Both the position numbers and the translations under genes were made by a program. A stretch of DNA of 64,000 nt. Source: a bacterium. GTDB lineage: Bacteria > Electryoneota > Electryoneia > Electryoneales > Electryoneaceae. A model generated the notes under the pieces. It was not told the DNA's origin. It saw only the letters and a program-made list of their open reading frames with translations, and did not search any database. This document shows, one piece after another, positions 29,801-41,800 of the stretch (within the stretch, counting starts at the first letter, position 1; every line of letters starts with the position of its first letter). The DNA lies in assembly GCA_963669175.1 (NCBI GenBank), contig OY769902.1, positions 4,800,001 to 4,864,000 on the forward strand, written 5' to 3'.

Positions 29801-32800
29801 GCTCAAGCAGTGCGAACGGTACTGGCGGATCCGGGATGTACACGTTCAGGGTCAGCACGTTGGAAGACCAGGTGCCTAACGTATTCGTATCCTGCGCCCG
29901 GACCTTCCACCAATAGGTGACGTCATCCATCATCCCGGTCAGATCGAACGAAGTTTCTGTTACGGTTGCCGAGTCAAGATCTGTGGTAAACGCTGCATCT
30001 GTCGCCCACCAGACCACGTAGGAAATGTCATCATCCGGGTCGGGATCAGTGGCTGCATTCCAGACCAGGGTAGTATCACCGGTCCAGACGGTTTCACCGT
30101 CAGCCGGGCCGGTCAGATCGAAAGCATTCGGCGCTTCCGGTACTTCAACGTGGAACCAGCGACCGTTTTCACCGGCATCCGCCCAGGTGGACAATCCGTA
30201 ACTGTCTTCCGCCCAGACACGCCAGTAGACGGTAGTATTATCCGGAAGTTCATCCAGCTCGTTTTCGCCTGCGCTTTCGCCCGGCGCCTGTTCGCCACCA
30301 CCACTCACTTCACCCTGGCTGATCACCTTTCCGTTCGGAATTCCGGCAAGTTCATTGCCTCCCGAAGGATTGTCACTATTAACACGTGCGCCGATTCCCA
30401 TCAGCACATCCGCCAAGTCGTGAATGATGTAAGATGTTTCAGCGGTCAGCGTATCGTACAGGGTTGCGAACGTCGGGTCGTTTGACCATTCCACGTGATA
30501 CTCGATCACGTCGGCCGGGTCGATATCCGTAGCCGCGTCCCATGCAACCGCCACGGTATCGTTTTCAACCGTGTCTTCATCAGCCGGTGTCAACAGGGCG
30601 AAGGATTCCGGTGCGATGGGTACGTAGATCGACCAGGTTTCGTTCGACCATGTACCGGTCGTGTTGGTATCCTGCGCGCGCACCTTCCAGTACCAGCTCT
30701 GGCCCTGGGTCAAGGCGCTCAACTGTGTTGTGGCTGAGGTCAGACCGGTGATCGAGTCGAGATCGGTTGCAAACGCCATGTCAGACGCATACCAGACTAC
30801 GTATTCAATTACGTCGCCCGGATCCGGATCAGTTGTCGTTTCCCAGGTCAGGTCGATATCCGCTTCCGTATGCGCCGATTCATCATCCGGGGTCAACAAG
30901 CTGAAGGCGGCCGGCGGTTCTGCGACCGCGACAAAGAAGCTGTGTCCGGTTTCACCGGCATCCGCCCAAGTGCTGTCATCTTCGGAGTCAACCGCGACGA
31001 CTCGCCAGTATACCCAGGCGTCATCGGGCAACTCATCCAGCTCATCCTCACCACCATTTTCGCCAGCCTCATCATCCGCGCCTGTCTCCATACCTTCCCC
31101 GAAGCCTTCTCCGGGATTGACACGAATCTTTCCACCGGCAACGGCGCCGTTCATGGCAATTCCGCCGGTCTCTTCATTGCCGCCGTCATCACCACCTTCA
31201 TTGCCCATGGCCATCACTTCGGTGATATCCGTAATGATATAGAAGGTATCGGTCGTCGTCGCGTTCAATAGCTCACTGAAGTCGGATTGAGCTGACCATT
31301 CCACAGTGTAAGTAACATCGTCACCATCAGGATCAACCGCCGTATGCCAGTTGACGGTAATGGTGTCGTTGTATACGGTAGCCTCGTCTGCCGGATCAAT
31401 CAGGGCAAATGCGTTTGGCGGTTCATTGGTCCAGACAGTGAAGCTCCAGGTCTGGGTTGACCATGTGCCGACCGTGTTATCATCCTGCGCCCTGACTTTC
31501 CACCAATAATCAGTTTCATCGGTCAAACCAACCAATGTTGTAGTGGTGTCGAGCAGGCCGACTATGGAATCCAGATCTGTCGTAAAGGCCTGATCCGTAG
31601 CATACCACAGAACATACTCGATAGTATCATCCGGGTCTTCATCCGTGGTTGAACGCCAGTGCAGCTCAACATCAAGCTCACGGCTCCGGTATCCACTATC
31701 AGGTAATGCCAGGTTAAATGCTAACGGTGCATTCGGGATACGCACCACGAAGGAATAGACTGAACTCGACCAGGTACCGCCCGTATTGGTATCCTGTGCC
31801 CAGACCTTCCAGTAGTAGGTGCTGTCATCCTGCAATCCGGTCAACGTGACAAAAGCATCTTCCGTATCGGTTGAATCGTAGGATTCCGCTCCGAATTCGG
31901 AATCAAAGCCCCAGTAGATCCAATAGATGACCGAATCACCCGGATCGTTTTCAACAGCAGTTTCCCACTCGAAGAGTTCGTTGGCCGTGTAAACCGTATC
32001 CTCATCTTCCGGTGTCAGCAGGTCGAAGACCAGCGGTTCATCGTAGATATAGACATCGAAGCTCCAGGTTTCTGTAGACCAGGTGCCGTTCGTATTGCTG
32101 TCCTGCGCCCAGACTTTCCAGTAGTATGTACTGTCATCATCCAGCTCATGCAGAACAAGTGTCGTATCCAGTGTGCTTACCGAATCGTAGCTTTCCGCTT
32201 CGAAGGACGGGTTCTGGCTCCAGTATACCCAGTAGGTCAGGATCTCATCGGCCGGGTCGGGATCGGTTGTGCCGTTCCAGACCAGTTGGACCGTATCCGC
32301 GTGGGTTGAATCCAGATCGGCAGGACTGACAAGGCTGAACTCTTCCGGCGATTCAAGGATGTTGACATGAAGCTGGAAGGTGCTGCTTGACCAGGTGCCC
32401 TCGGTGTTCGTATCAAACGCCCAGACCTTCCAGTAATACGTGCTGTCATCCATCAGGTCGGTCAGGGTTGCCGATGTTTCTTCAGTATCGACTGAATCCA
32501 CAGTATCCGTGCTGAACAGGGCGTCGTAGCTCCAATAGACACGGTAGATCACCGAGTCGCCCGGATCAGTTTCTACCGCGACTTCCCATTCAGCAGTTGC
32601 CGATGTCGAATACGTAGTATCTTCATCTTCCGGTGTCAGCAGGTCGAAGGCCAGCGGTTCATCGTAGATGTATACGTCGAAGTACCAGGTCTCCGTGGAC
32701 CAAGTGCCATCGGTATTGGCATCCTGCGCCAGGACTTTCCAGTAGTACCGGGTGTCGTCTACCAGATCACGGATGACACTTGAAGTGTCGTTGCCAACCG

Positions 32801-35800
32801 AAGCCTCAAACACGCCTTCGTTGAAAGTCGGATCTTCGCTCCAGTAAACTGTGTAGTTCAGTTCAACGTCAACCGGGTCGGGGTCGTAAGTACGTTCCCA
32901 GGTTACCAGAACCGTATCCACACGAACCGAATCCGTATCCAACGGACTCAACAGGCTGAACTCTTCCGGGGATTCGAGGATGTTGACATGAAGCTGGAAG
33001 ACGCTGCTTGACCAGGTGCCCTCGGTGTTCGTGTCAAACGCCCAGACCTTCCAGTAATACGTGCTGTCATCCATCAGGTCGGTCAGGGTTGCCGATGTTT
33101 CTTCGGTATCCACAGAATCCACGGTATCCGTGCTGAACAGGGCGTCGTAGCTCCAGTAAACCCGATAGATCACCGAGTCGCCCGGATCAGTTTCTACCGC
33201 GACTTCCCATTCGACATTTGCCGATGTCGAATACGTGGTATCCTCATCTTCAGGTGTCAGCAGATCGAAGGCCAGCGGTTCATCGTAGATGTATACGTCG
33301 AAGTACCAGGTCTCCGTGGACCAGGTGCCATCGGTATTGGCATCCTGCGCCAGGACTTTCCAGTAGTACCGGGTGTCGTCTACCAGATCACGGATGACAC
33401 TTGAAGTGTCGTTGCCAACCGAAGCCTCAAACACGCCTTCGTTGAAAGTCGGATCTTCGCTCCAGTAAACTGTGTAGTTCAGTTCAACGTCAACCGGGTC
33501 GGGGTCGTAAGTACGTTCCCAGGTTACCAGAACCGTATCCACACGAACCGAATCCGTATCCAACGGACTCAACAGGCTGAACTCTTCCGGGGATTCGAGG
33601 ATGTTGACATGAAGCTGGAAGACGCTGCTTGACCAGGTGCCCTCGGTGTTCGTGTCAAACGCCCAGACCTTCCAGTAATACGTGCTGTCATCCATCAGGT
33701 CGGTCAGGGTTGCCGATGTTTCTTCGGTATCCACAGAATCCACGGTATCCGTGCTGAACAGGGCGTCGTAGCTCCAGTAGACTCGATAGATCACCGAATC
33801 GCCCGGATCAGTTTCTACCGCGACTTCCCATTCGACATTTGCCGATGTCGAATACGTGGTATCCTCATCTTCAGGTGTCAGCAGATCGAAGGCCAGCGGT
33901 TCATCGTAGATATAGACATCGAAGCTCCAGGTTTCCGTAGACCAGGTGCCGTTCGTATTGCTGTCCTGCGCCCAGACTTTCCAGTAGTATGTACTGTCAT
34001 CATCCAGCTCATGCAGGACCAGCGTGGTATCCAGTGTGCTTACGGAATCGTAGCTTTCCGCTTCGAAGGACGGGTTCTGGCTCCAGTATACCCAGTAGGT
34101 CAGGATCTCATCGGCCGGGTCGGGATCGGTTGTGCCGTTCCAGACCAGTTGGACCGTATCCGCGTGGGTTGAATCCAGATCGGCAGGACTGACAAGGCTG
34201 AACTCTTCCGGCGCTTCGTAGAACTCTGTATCGAAGTACCAGACTTCTTCGCTCTTCAACGTATCACCGTTCTCGTCATAGGCTACAGCATACCAGTAAT
34301 ACCGGGTATCATCCTGCAGCATACCGGCGGGAATTGTGTAATGCTGCCCGGCCGACATGACATAGTATGGATCGTTTTCGAAGGTGGGATCATCTGACCA
34401 GAAATAACCATAGTACACATAGTCGCCAGGATCGGGATCAGTGACTGATTCAGCGCTAAGCTGCAAGTCCTGATCTGCGAGCATGACGTAGCCGCTTTCC
34501 GGTTGCGCCAGGGTAAACGGCGCGACATTACGATACCACCGTATAGTACCGTTATTCACAGACGGCACCACAAGATCCGGCGCAAAGTCACCGTCAAGGT
34601 CGCCTACCAGTACGGCATGCCCATAACCGAAGTTGGAATCACCGCTCACATGCGGCCAGGGCGCTTCCCACGGGCCTCCCTGGTTCAACCAGCCCCAAAG
34701 CATGTTACCGTCAGCGATATTGGCAACCACATCCATTTCTCTATCAAGGTCAAAGTCACCGGAACCGATACCACGCGCTGGGCCTGTAGCATCATCCAGG
34801 GTATGAGCGGTCCAGACTTGACCGCTATTCTGATACCAGGTCAGATCGTAGTTCGCTGCATCCATGCTTACGACATCAAGAAGGCCATCCCAATTGATAT
34901 CAACAGCATGCGCCGCCTGAACACCGCTAAGACCAGTCACGATATCGGTTACTGCTGCTCCGCCCTGCGCCAAGTTGGCAATGTTGAAGAAGGAGATCGC
35001 ATCATTGAAGGGTACCAGCACATCCAGCGTACCATCGTTGTCAATATCGACAACATGGAAAGCGCCATTGTTCGATACTTCGTTCAACAACGGGTAGGCA
35101 TTAAATACACCACCAGTGTTCTCGAAGAAATAAATAGTACCGCCACTTTCGCCGGTGACGATGTCCAGGTAGCCGTTGTTGTCCAGGTCACCCAGTCCGA
35201 TATAGCCCTGTCCCGAAACATCCAGTACGATAGGATGCTGAGTGAAGTTCTGCGCACCATCGTTCTCCAACCAGACAACGCCATTTCCACCGGGTGTGGC
35301 AACCAGGTCGATATCGCCGTCACCATCCATGTCGCCAGCTTTTACATCATGAGCATTCGGCACCCCTGGCGAGATTGTATGATCGGTAAAGTTGCCGAAC
35401 CCGTCGTTTTCGTACCAGTGCAAATCTGAACCGATGCGCTGGTTGACCACGACATCCAGATCGCCATCCTGATCAAGGTCTACCAGTTGTCCCTGGTCTG
35501 GCTGGGAAAGCCCTGTACCCATATCCTCGACATAAACAAAATCGGTGGTCTCACCTCGTGGCGTGTTCTGGATGTAGGTATCCAACGTCCAGACTTCGTT
35601 GGACCATGTGCCAGTTGTGATGCCATCGTTGGCCTTGACTTTCCAGTACCATGTCCTGTCATCCATCAAGTCGGCTACAGTAACGGAAGTACCCAGCGTC
35701 GAGAACGTCCTGACATTCTGGGTGAAGCCGGTATTGGTTGCCAACCACAGGGTATAGACGATGACATCTTCCGGGTCGGGATCAGTTGTTTCCGCCCAGG

Positions 35801-38800
35801 TAAAGGTTGCGCTACCCGTGTGCGATGTGTCTTCATCTGTCGGACTGAGCAGGCTGAAGGCAAGTGGCGCTTCAGGCTGACCGACAAGGAAAGACCAGGT
35901 ATCTGTTGCGAATGTTGAATCCTGCGGGTCTCGCGCAATCACGTACCAGTAGATTGTCGCATCATCCGGCAAGTCACCGGCAAAGGTGTACTGTGTCGCG
36001 GAGATACCTGACGCCATCTGAGGATCGCCGAACCGGTCGTCGTTAATCGACCAGATCACGTCATAGCTGAGTTCTTCACCCGGATCGGGATCGGTTGCTT
36101 CTTCCCAGATCAAGGTCGGACGCAAGGTTACAACCGTATCCTCATCCGCAGGTTCGATCAGTGTAAAGGAATTCGGCGGCTGATAGATGTACACGCTGAA
36201 TTCGAAGGTTTCTGACGACCAGGTACCATCCGTGTTGCTGTCCTGCGCGTGAACCTTCCAATAGTAGGTATTGTCATCTGCCAGTTCCGGTATGGTAAAT
36301 GACGTATCGTTGCCGACATTCGTTTCAAACACACCTTCTATGAAGTTCGGGTCCATCGTCCAGTAGACGGTATACGCGAGTTCCGCGTCAACCGGATCAG
36401 GATCGACTGCACGATACCAGCTCACCACAGTCGTAACATCATGAATCTCTTCACCGTTGGCCGGGCTGTTCAGGCTGAAGGCAGACGGTGGTTCGAGAAT
36501 ACTGACGTGGAACTGGAAGTCTTCTGACGACCAGGTTCCTTCCGTGTTGGTGTCCTGTGCCCAGACCTTCCAGTAGTACGTGCTGTCATCCATCAGCTCA
36601 TGTAGCACCAGGGTGGTGTCTTCAGTGCTGAGTGAATCGTAGGAATCTGCTGCGAACAAGATATCCTGACCATAATAGACCCAGTAGATCACCGAATCGC
36701 CGGGATCGACTTCAAGCGCGGTATTCCATTCAACTGTCGCGCTGTCGGTATAAACCGTAACCTCGTTGTTCGGGGTCAGCAGGCTGAACTCACCCGGTGC
36801 ATCGAAGATATAAACATCGAAGCTCCAGGTCTCAGTTGACCAGACGCCATCCGTGTTGCTGTCCTGCGCATGCACCTTCCAGTAGTAGGTCATGTCATCT
36901 TCAAGACCGCGCAACACCAGCGTAGTATCGTTTCCGACCGTGGAGTCAAACACACCTTCCACAAACGCCGGATCGAATGACCAGTAGACAGTGTAGGCAA
37001 GTGTTGTATCGGCCGGGTCGGGATCAATGGCACGGTTCCAGCTCACGGCCATGGTATCTGCATGAGTTGTGTCGGTATCAACCGGCAGGTTCAAGCTGAA
37101 GGCGGACGGCGGCTCAAGGATATTGATATGGAACTGGAATGTGCTGTCAGACCAGACACCTTCGGTATTGGTGTCCTGTGCCAAGACCTTCCAGTAGTAG
37201 GTGCTGTCATCCATCAGCTCATACAGCGCCATGGTAGTGTCTTCGGTACTGAGTGAATCGTAGGTTTCCGCTGTGAACAACGCATCCAGACCGTAGTAGA
37301 CCCAGTAGATCACCGAGTCACCGGGATCTGCCTCAAAAGCCGTGTTCCAAACAACAGTCGCGCTATCGGCGTAAACGGTATCTTCATCCGTTGGTGTCAG
37401 CAGGTTGAACGCGAACGGTTCATCATAGATATAGACGTCGAAGCTCCGTGTTTCCGAAGACCAGGTGCCGTCTGTGTTGCTGTCCTGCGCATGGACCTTC
37501 CAGTAAATCGTTGTATCATCCTTGTAGTTGCGCAAGACCAGCGTGGTATCGTTGCCAACGGTTGAATCCTGAACTCCAATTCCGAACGCGGGATCTTCAC
37601 TCCAGTAAACGGTATAGCTTAGTGTAGTATCCGCCGGGTCGGGATCAACCGCACGGTTCCAGCTTACGGCTACAGTATCGGCTCGGACGGTATCTTCATC
37701 AACCGGCAGGTTCAGGCTGAATGCCGCCGGCGGTTCAAGAATGTTGATGAAGAACTGGAAGGTCTCTGTAGACCAGGTTCCTTCCGTATTGGTATCCTGA
37801 GCCCAGACTTTCCAGTAGTAAGTACTGTCATCCATCAGCTCATGCAGCACCAGGGTAGTGTCTTCTGTACTGACTGAATCGTAGGTCTCAGCAGTAAATG
37901 CGGCATCCAATCCGTAGTACACCCAGTAGATCACCGAGTCTCCCGGATCGATTTCCAGCGCTGTATTCCATTCCACAGTCGCGCTGTCGGCATAGACAGT
38001 ATCTGTATCCGTTGGCGTCAGCAGGCTGAATTCACCCGGCACATCGTAGATGTAAACGGCGAAGCTCCAGGTTTCCGTGGATTCAGTACCCTCCGTATTG
38101 CTGTCCTGGGCCAACACTTTCCAGTAGTAGATGGAATCATCACTCAGTTCACGTATGACCAATGTTGTATCGTCGCCAACTGTGGAATCGAAGACTACTT
38201 CCGAGAAGGTGGGATCTTGGCTCCAGAACACTGTATAGCTTAGAGTCGTATCTGCCGGGTCGGGATCAATCGCACGATTCCAGCTTACTGCGACGGTATC
38301 GGCTCGAACGGTATCTTCATCAACCGGCAGGTTCAGGCTGAATGCTGCAGGCGGCTCGGAATAATCGGTTTCGAACCAGAAGACATTTTCACTGGTCAAG
38401 CCGTCAGTATTGGTATCCAACGCCTGTACATACCAGTAATATGTCTGGTCGTCAGCGAATGATCCGGTTACGAAGGAGAAAGACGTATCCGCGATGGAAT
38501 CCAGTGTGTCAGCCGTTTCGAATGTTGGATCCGTGCTGTAGATAAGCGAATAGGTTACTTCGTCGCCGGGGTCAGGATCGGTTACCGATTGCCAGGTGAA
38601 GACCCGTTCCTCATCCACGAGCATGACAGTTGCTGTATCCGGGGATATTGGTGAGAACGGTGAGGTGTTGGACCACCACATCACCTCATCACCATAGTAG
38701 TCCATTCCAACCAGATCAGGTGCATGATCTCCAGTCAGATCCACAGCCCGTATGGCGGAAGCAAGATCGAGCCCGGTAACAAACTCATGTGCCGTCCAGG

Positions 38801-41800
38801 AAGTCCCGGTTCCGTCATCATTGGAATACCAGACCATGTCGCCATCCTGCGCGCCGGATACAATAATATCCAGGTCGCCATCGACATCCAGGTCGGCCAG
38901 TTCACCATCCCAGGCCAACCCTGTATTGAGAGCGACTTCGTGTTCAACATAACTCTCGGCATTCTGATTTTCGTACCAGACAATCTTGTTTTGCGGATCA
39001 TCGATTGGCACTACGAAGTCCCGCCATCCATCTCCGTTGATATCGCCAACCATAACATCAGCAGCTCCAACCACAGCCGTCGTTACGGTATTGGATGTCA
39101 GGGCGCTGAAATCTCCGTCGGGAACTTCATACCAGGTCACACTTCCCGGGTTTCCGCCATGCTGGTAAACGATATCACGTATACCATCATTGTTGACGTC
39201 AACCAGCTCAATAGCCCCAACCAACCCCGGGCCCTGGTCATATTCGGTAAATGTTCCATCTCCATTGTTTTCAAAGACCTTGCCCCAAGACGTGTAGGCT
39301 CCTGCAACAATATCAATATCGCCATCATTGTCCAGGTCGCCGACTTCGATGTGGCTGGGTGCCGTGAAATCCGTGGACAGATCATGCCTGGTGAACGTCT
39401 GTGATCCATCATTCTCAAACCAACTCACTTCGTTAGCATTGGTCACAGCAGCAACATCCAGGTCGCCATCATCATCCAAATCGGCAATGGAAACATCATT
39501 TACGCCGCCGTATTCTGAGGCAATTACCGTTTCAGTGAAATTGTTTGATCCATCATTGTCCAGCCAGGTCAACTCAGATGCTCCATCACCGCAAACCACA
39601 AGGTCGCTGTCGCCATCCTGGTCAAGATCCACAACTTTCACATCCCTGGCGTTGGTCAGACCACTAAGGATCACACCCTCCGGTAAAAGCTCAATTTCCG
39701 GTCCCTGCGGCAAGTCCGGGATATTGACGTCAATGGACCAGGTCTCTGTTGACCAGGTTTCAGCGCCCCACTCATCTACTGCCCGGACTTTCCAGTACCA
39801 TGTCGTGTTGTCAAGCAGTCCGGACACGCTAAATGACGTATTGTCCGTTGCATACGTGAACAGGTTATCGGTGAAGGAGGCGTCCGTCGCCAGCCACAGG
39901 GTGTAGACGACATGATCACCCGGCGGCATGTCATCAACCGCTTCTTCCCAGGAGAAGGTTGTATCGGGTGTGTCAAGTGTGATCCCGTTTTCCGGGGACA
40001 GCAGTGCGAAGGCGCCCGGTGCGCTGTTGTAGTTCACCAGGAAGTGCAGTGTATCCGACCAGACACCGCCCGAATTCACGTCATGCGCCATGACAGCCCA
40101 ATAGTAATTCTGGCTGTTGGTCAGGTCGGCAAGCTTGTGGAAGGGCGAGTAGGTCAGGAAACTGTCAACATTGACTGTCAGATACGGGTCTTCCGCCGAT
40201 CTGACTACATAGTAAAGGCGATCCGTTACATCCTGATCTTCCGGCACATCCCATGTCAGCACAACAGCCATTTCTTCGACTGTAGCATCTGCTTCCGGAT
40301 AGGTCAGCAGTGGCGCTGCCGGGTAATGAGGATTCACCGGGGTTTCAATCAGGTTATCGTACCAGCGAGCCAAACCACCCGATTGTTCCATGACCAGCAC
40401 ATCCGGCATGTGATCACCGTTGAAATCAGCCCAGTCAAGCGATGCCGGGAATGAATAGAATTCTGCTATGGGTTGACGGTCAAGAGTCAGCGGCACATTC
40501 TGCATCCACAGTGTCACTTCTTCATCAGCGTTATAATCACTGCTGGTAAGCAGATCAACATCACCGTCCCAGTCAATATCTACTGCGACAATATCAGTAA
40601 CACCAGTGTAGCTCTCATCAATCAGGTAAAGGGTATAACTGAATACGCCTGTATAGTCCAACCAGGCAAGTCCATCGTCACTACCGACAACAATATCCTC
40701 ATTACCATCGTCATCGAAATCGACTATTTCAAGCGACGTCGGGTTATTCATGCTGCCGAGAACAGTATTGGACGTATACCCGGAACCTTCAACATAGGTC
40801 CAGCCGATAACATTGTCGTTCGCATTCACCACCATGACAATATCATCGTACCCATCATTATTCAGATCGGTGACTTCAACTTCCGAACCGCCGATCACAT
40901 CGGAAATGATGGTTCCAGTAACAACACCTTCTCCATCACTGACACCCAACCGCACTGTTGAAGGCCCGACAGCGACAAAGTCCAGGTCGCCATCACCCTG
41001 GTAATCGAAGACCTCGAAATCAGTTACACCTGACACTGTCAACAGTGCTATCGGCGCCCCGAAGTTGCCATCTCCTTCGTTCTCGAAGATATCCACGAAG
41101 TTGGTGTTCAGATTGAGGATATCCATATCCTCATCGCCGTCAAAGTCAACCACGATGTATTTCTTCGGATCGGCGTAATAATTTGGAAACGCTACATCCT
41201 GCGTGAAGTTGCCCATGCCGTCGTTATATTGAATCAGGAGTTGATCAGCATCGGGATCGATATAGATCAGGTCCTCGGTGCCGTTCTGATCAACATCGCC
41301 TCTTCCGATTGCATTCACCGGGCCTTCGGCGAAGAATATCTGATGACTGGTAAACGCGGCATCCAGATTCACCACAAACATGCTGGTGTCGGAAGCGATT
41401 TCGTTGTCCTGGGTGTCAGTCGCATAAACAGCCCAGTAAACCTCATCTCCATTTGCCAGATCGCCATAAGGGAATGTGTATTCCGTATCCCAGATTGGTG
41501 AAACTGTAGTAGCTTCTTCCAAGTTGGGATCGCTATATGCATAGACCAGGCTGTAGAAAACGGAATCATCCGGGTCGGTTTCAAGGACTTCTTCCCATGT
41601 GATCGTGGGTTGCAGCGTTTGAACACTGTCCGCCCAGCCCGGGTACGTCGTGGCAAAGCGTGAACTGCGATTGTACTGGTACAAACCGTTATACTGGTCG
41701 GCAGCAACAATGTCAATCCAGCCATCACCGTTGAAGTCACCGCTGATAACCGCACGACCGTTGCCCTCTGCATACGTATCCAGGGTATCCGCAGTAAAGT

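Noticed and set aside
28620-31230. Inteins as an explanation for the FN3 inserts
   Set aside because: Too short, no N-terminal Cys/Ser block and no C-terminal His-Asn followed by Cys/Ser/Thr.
32030-34210. Diversity-generating retroelement template/variable repeat pair
   Set aside because: Repeats are in-frame tandem domains with mostly synonymous differences not restricted to adenines, and there is no reverse transcriptase in the window.
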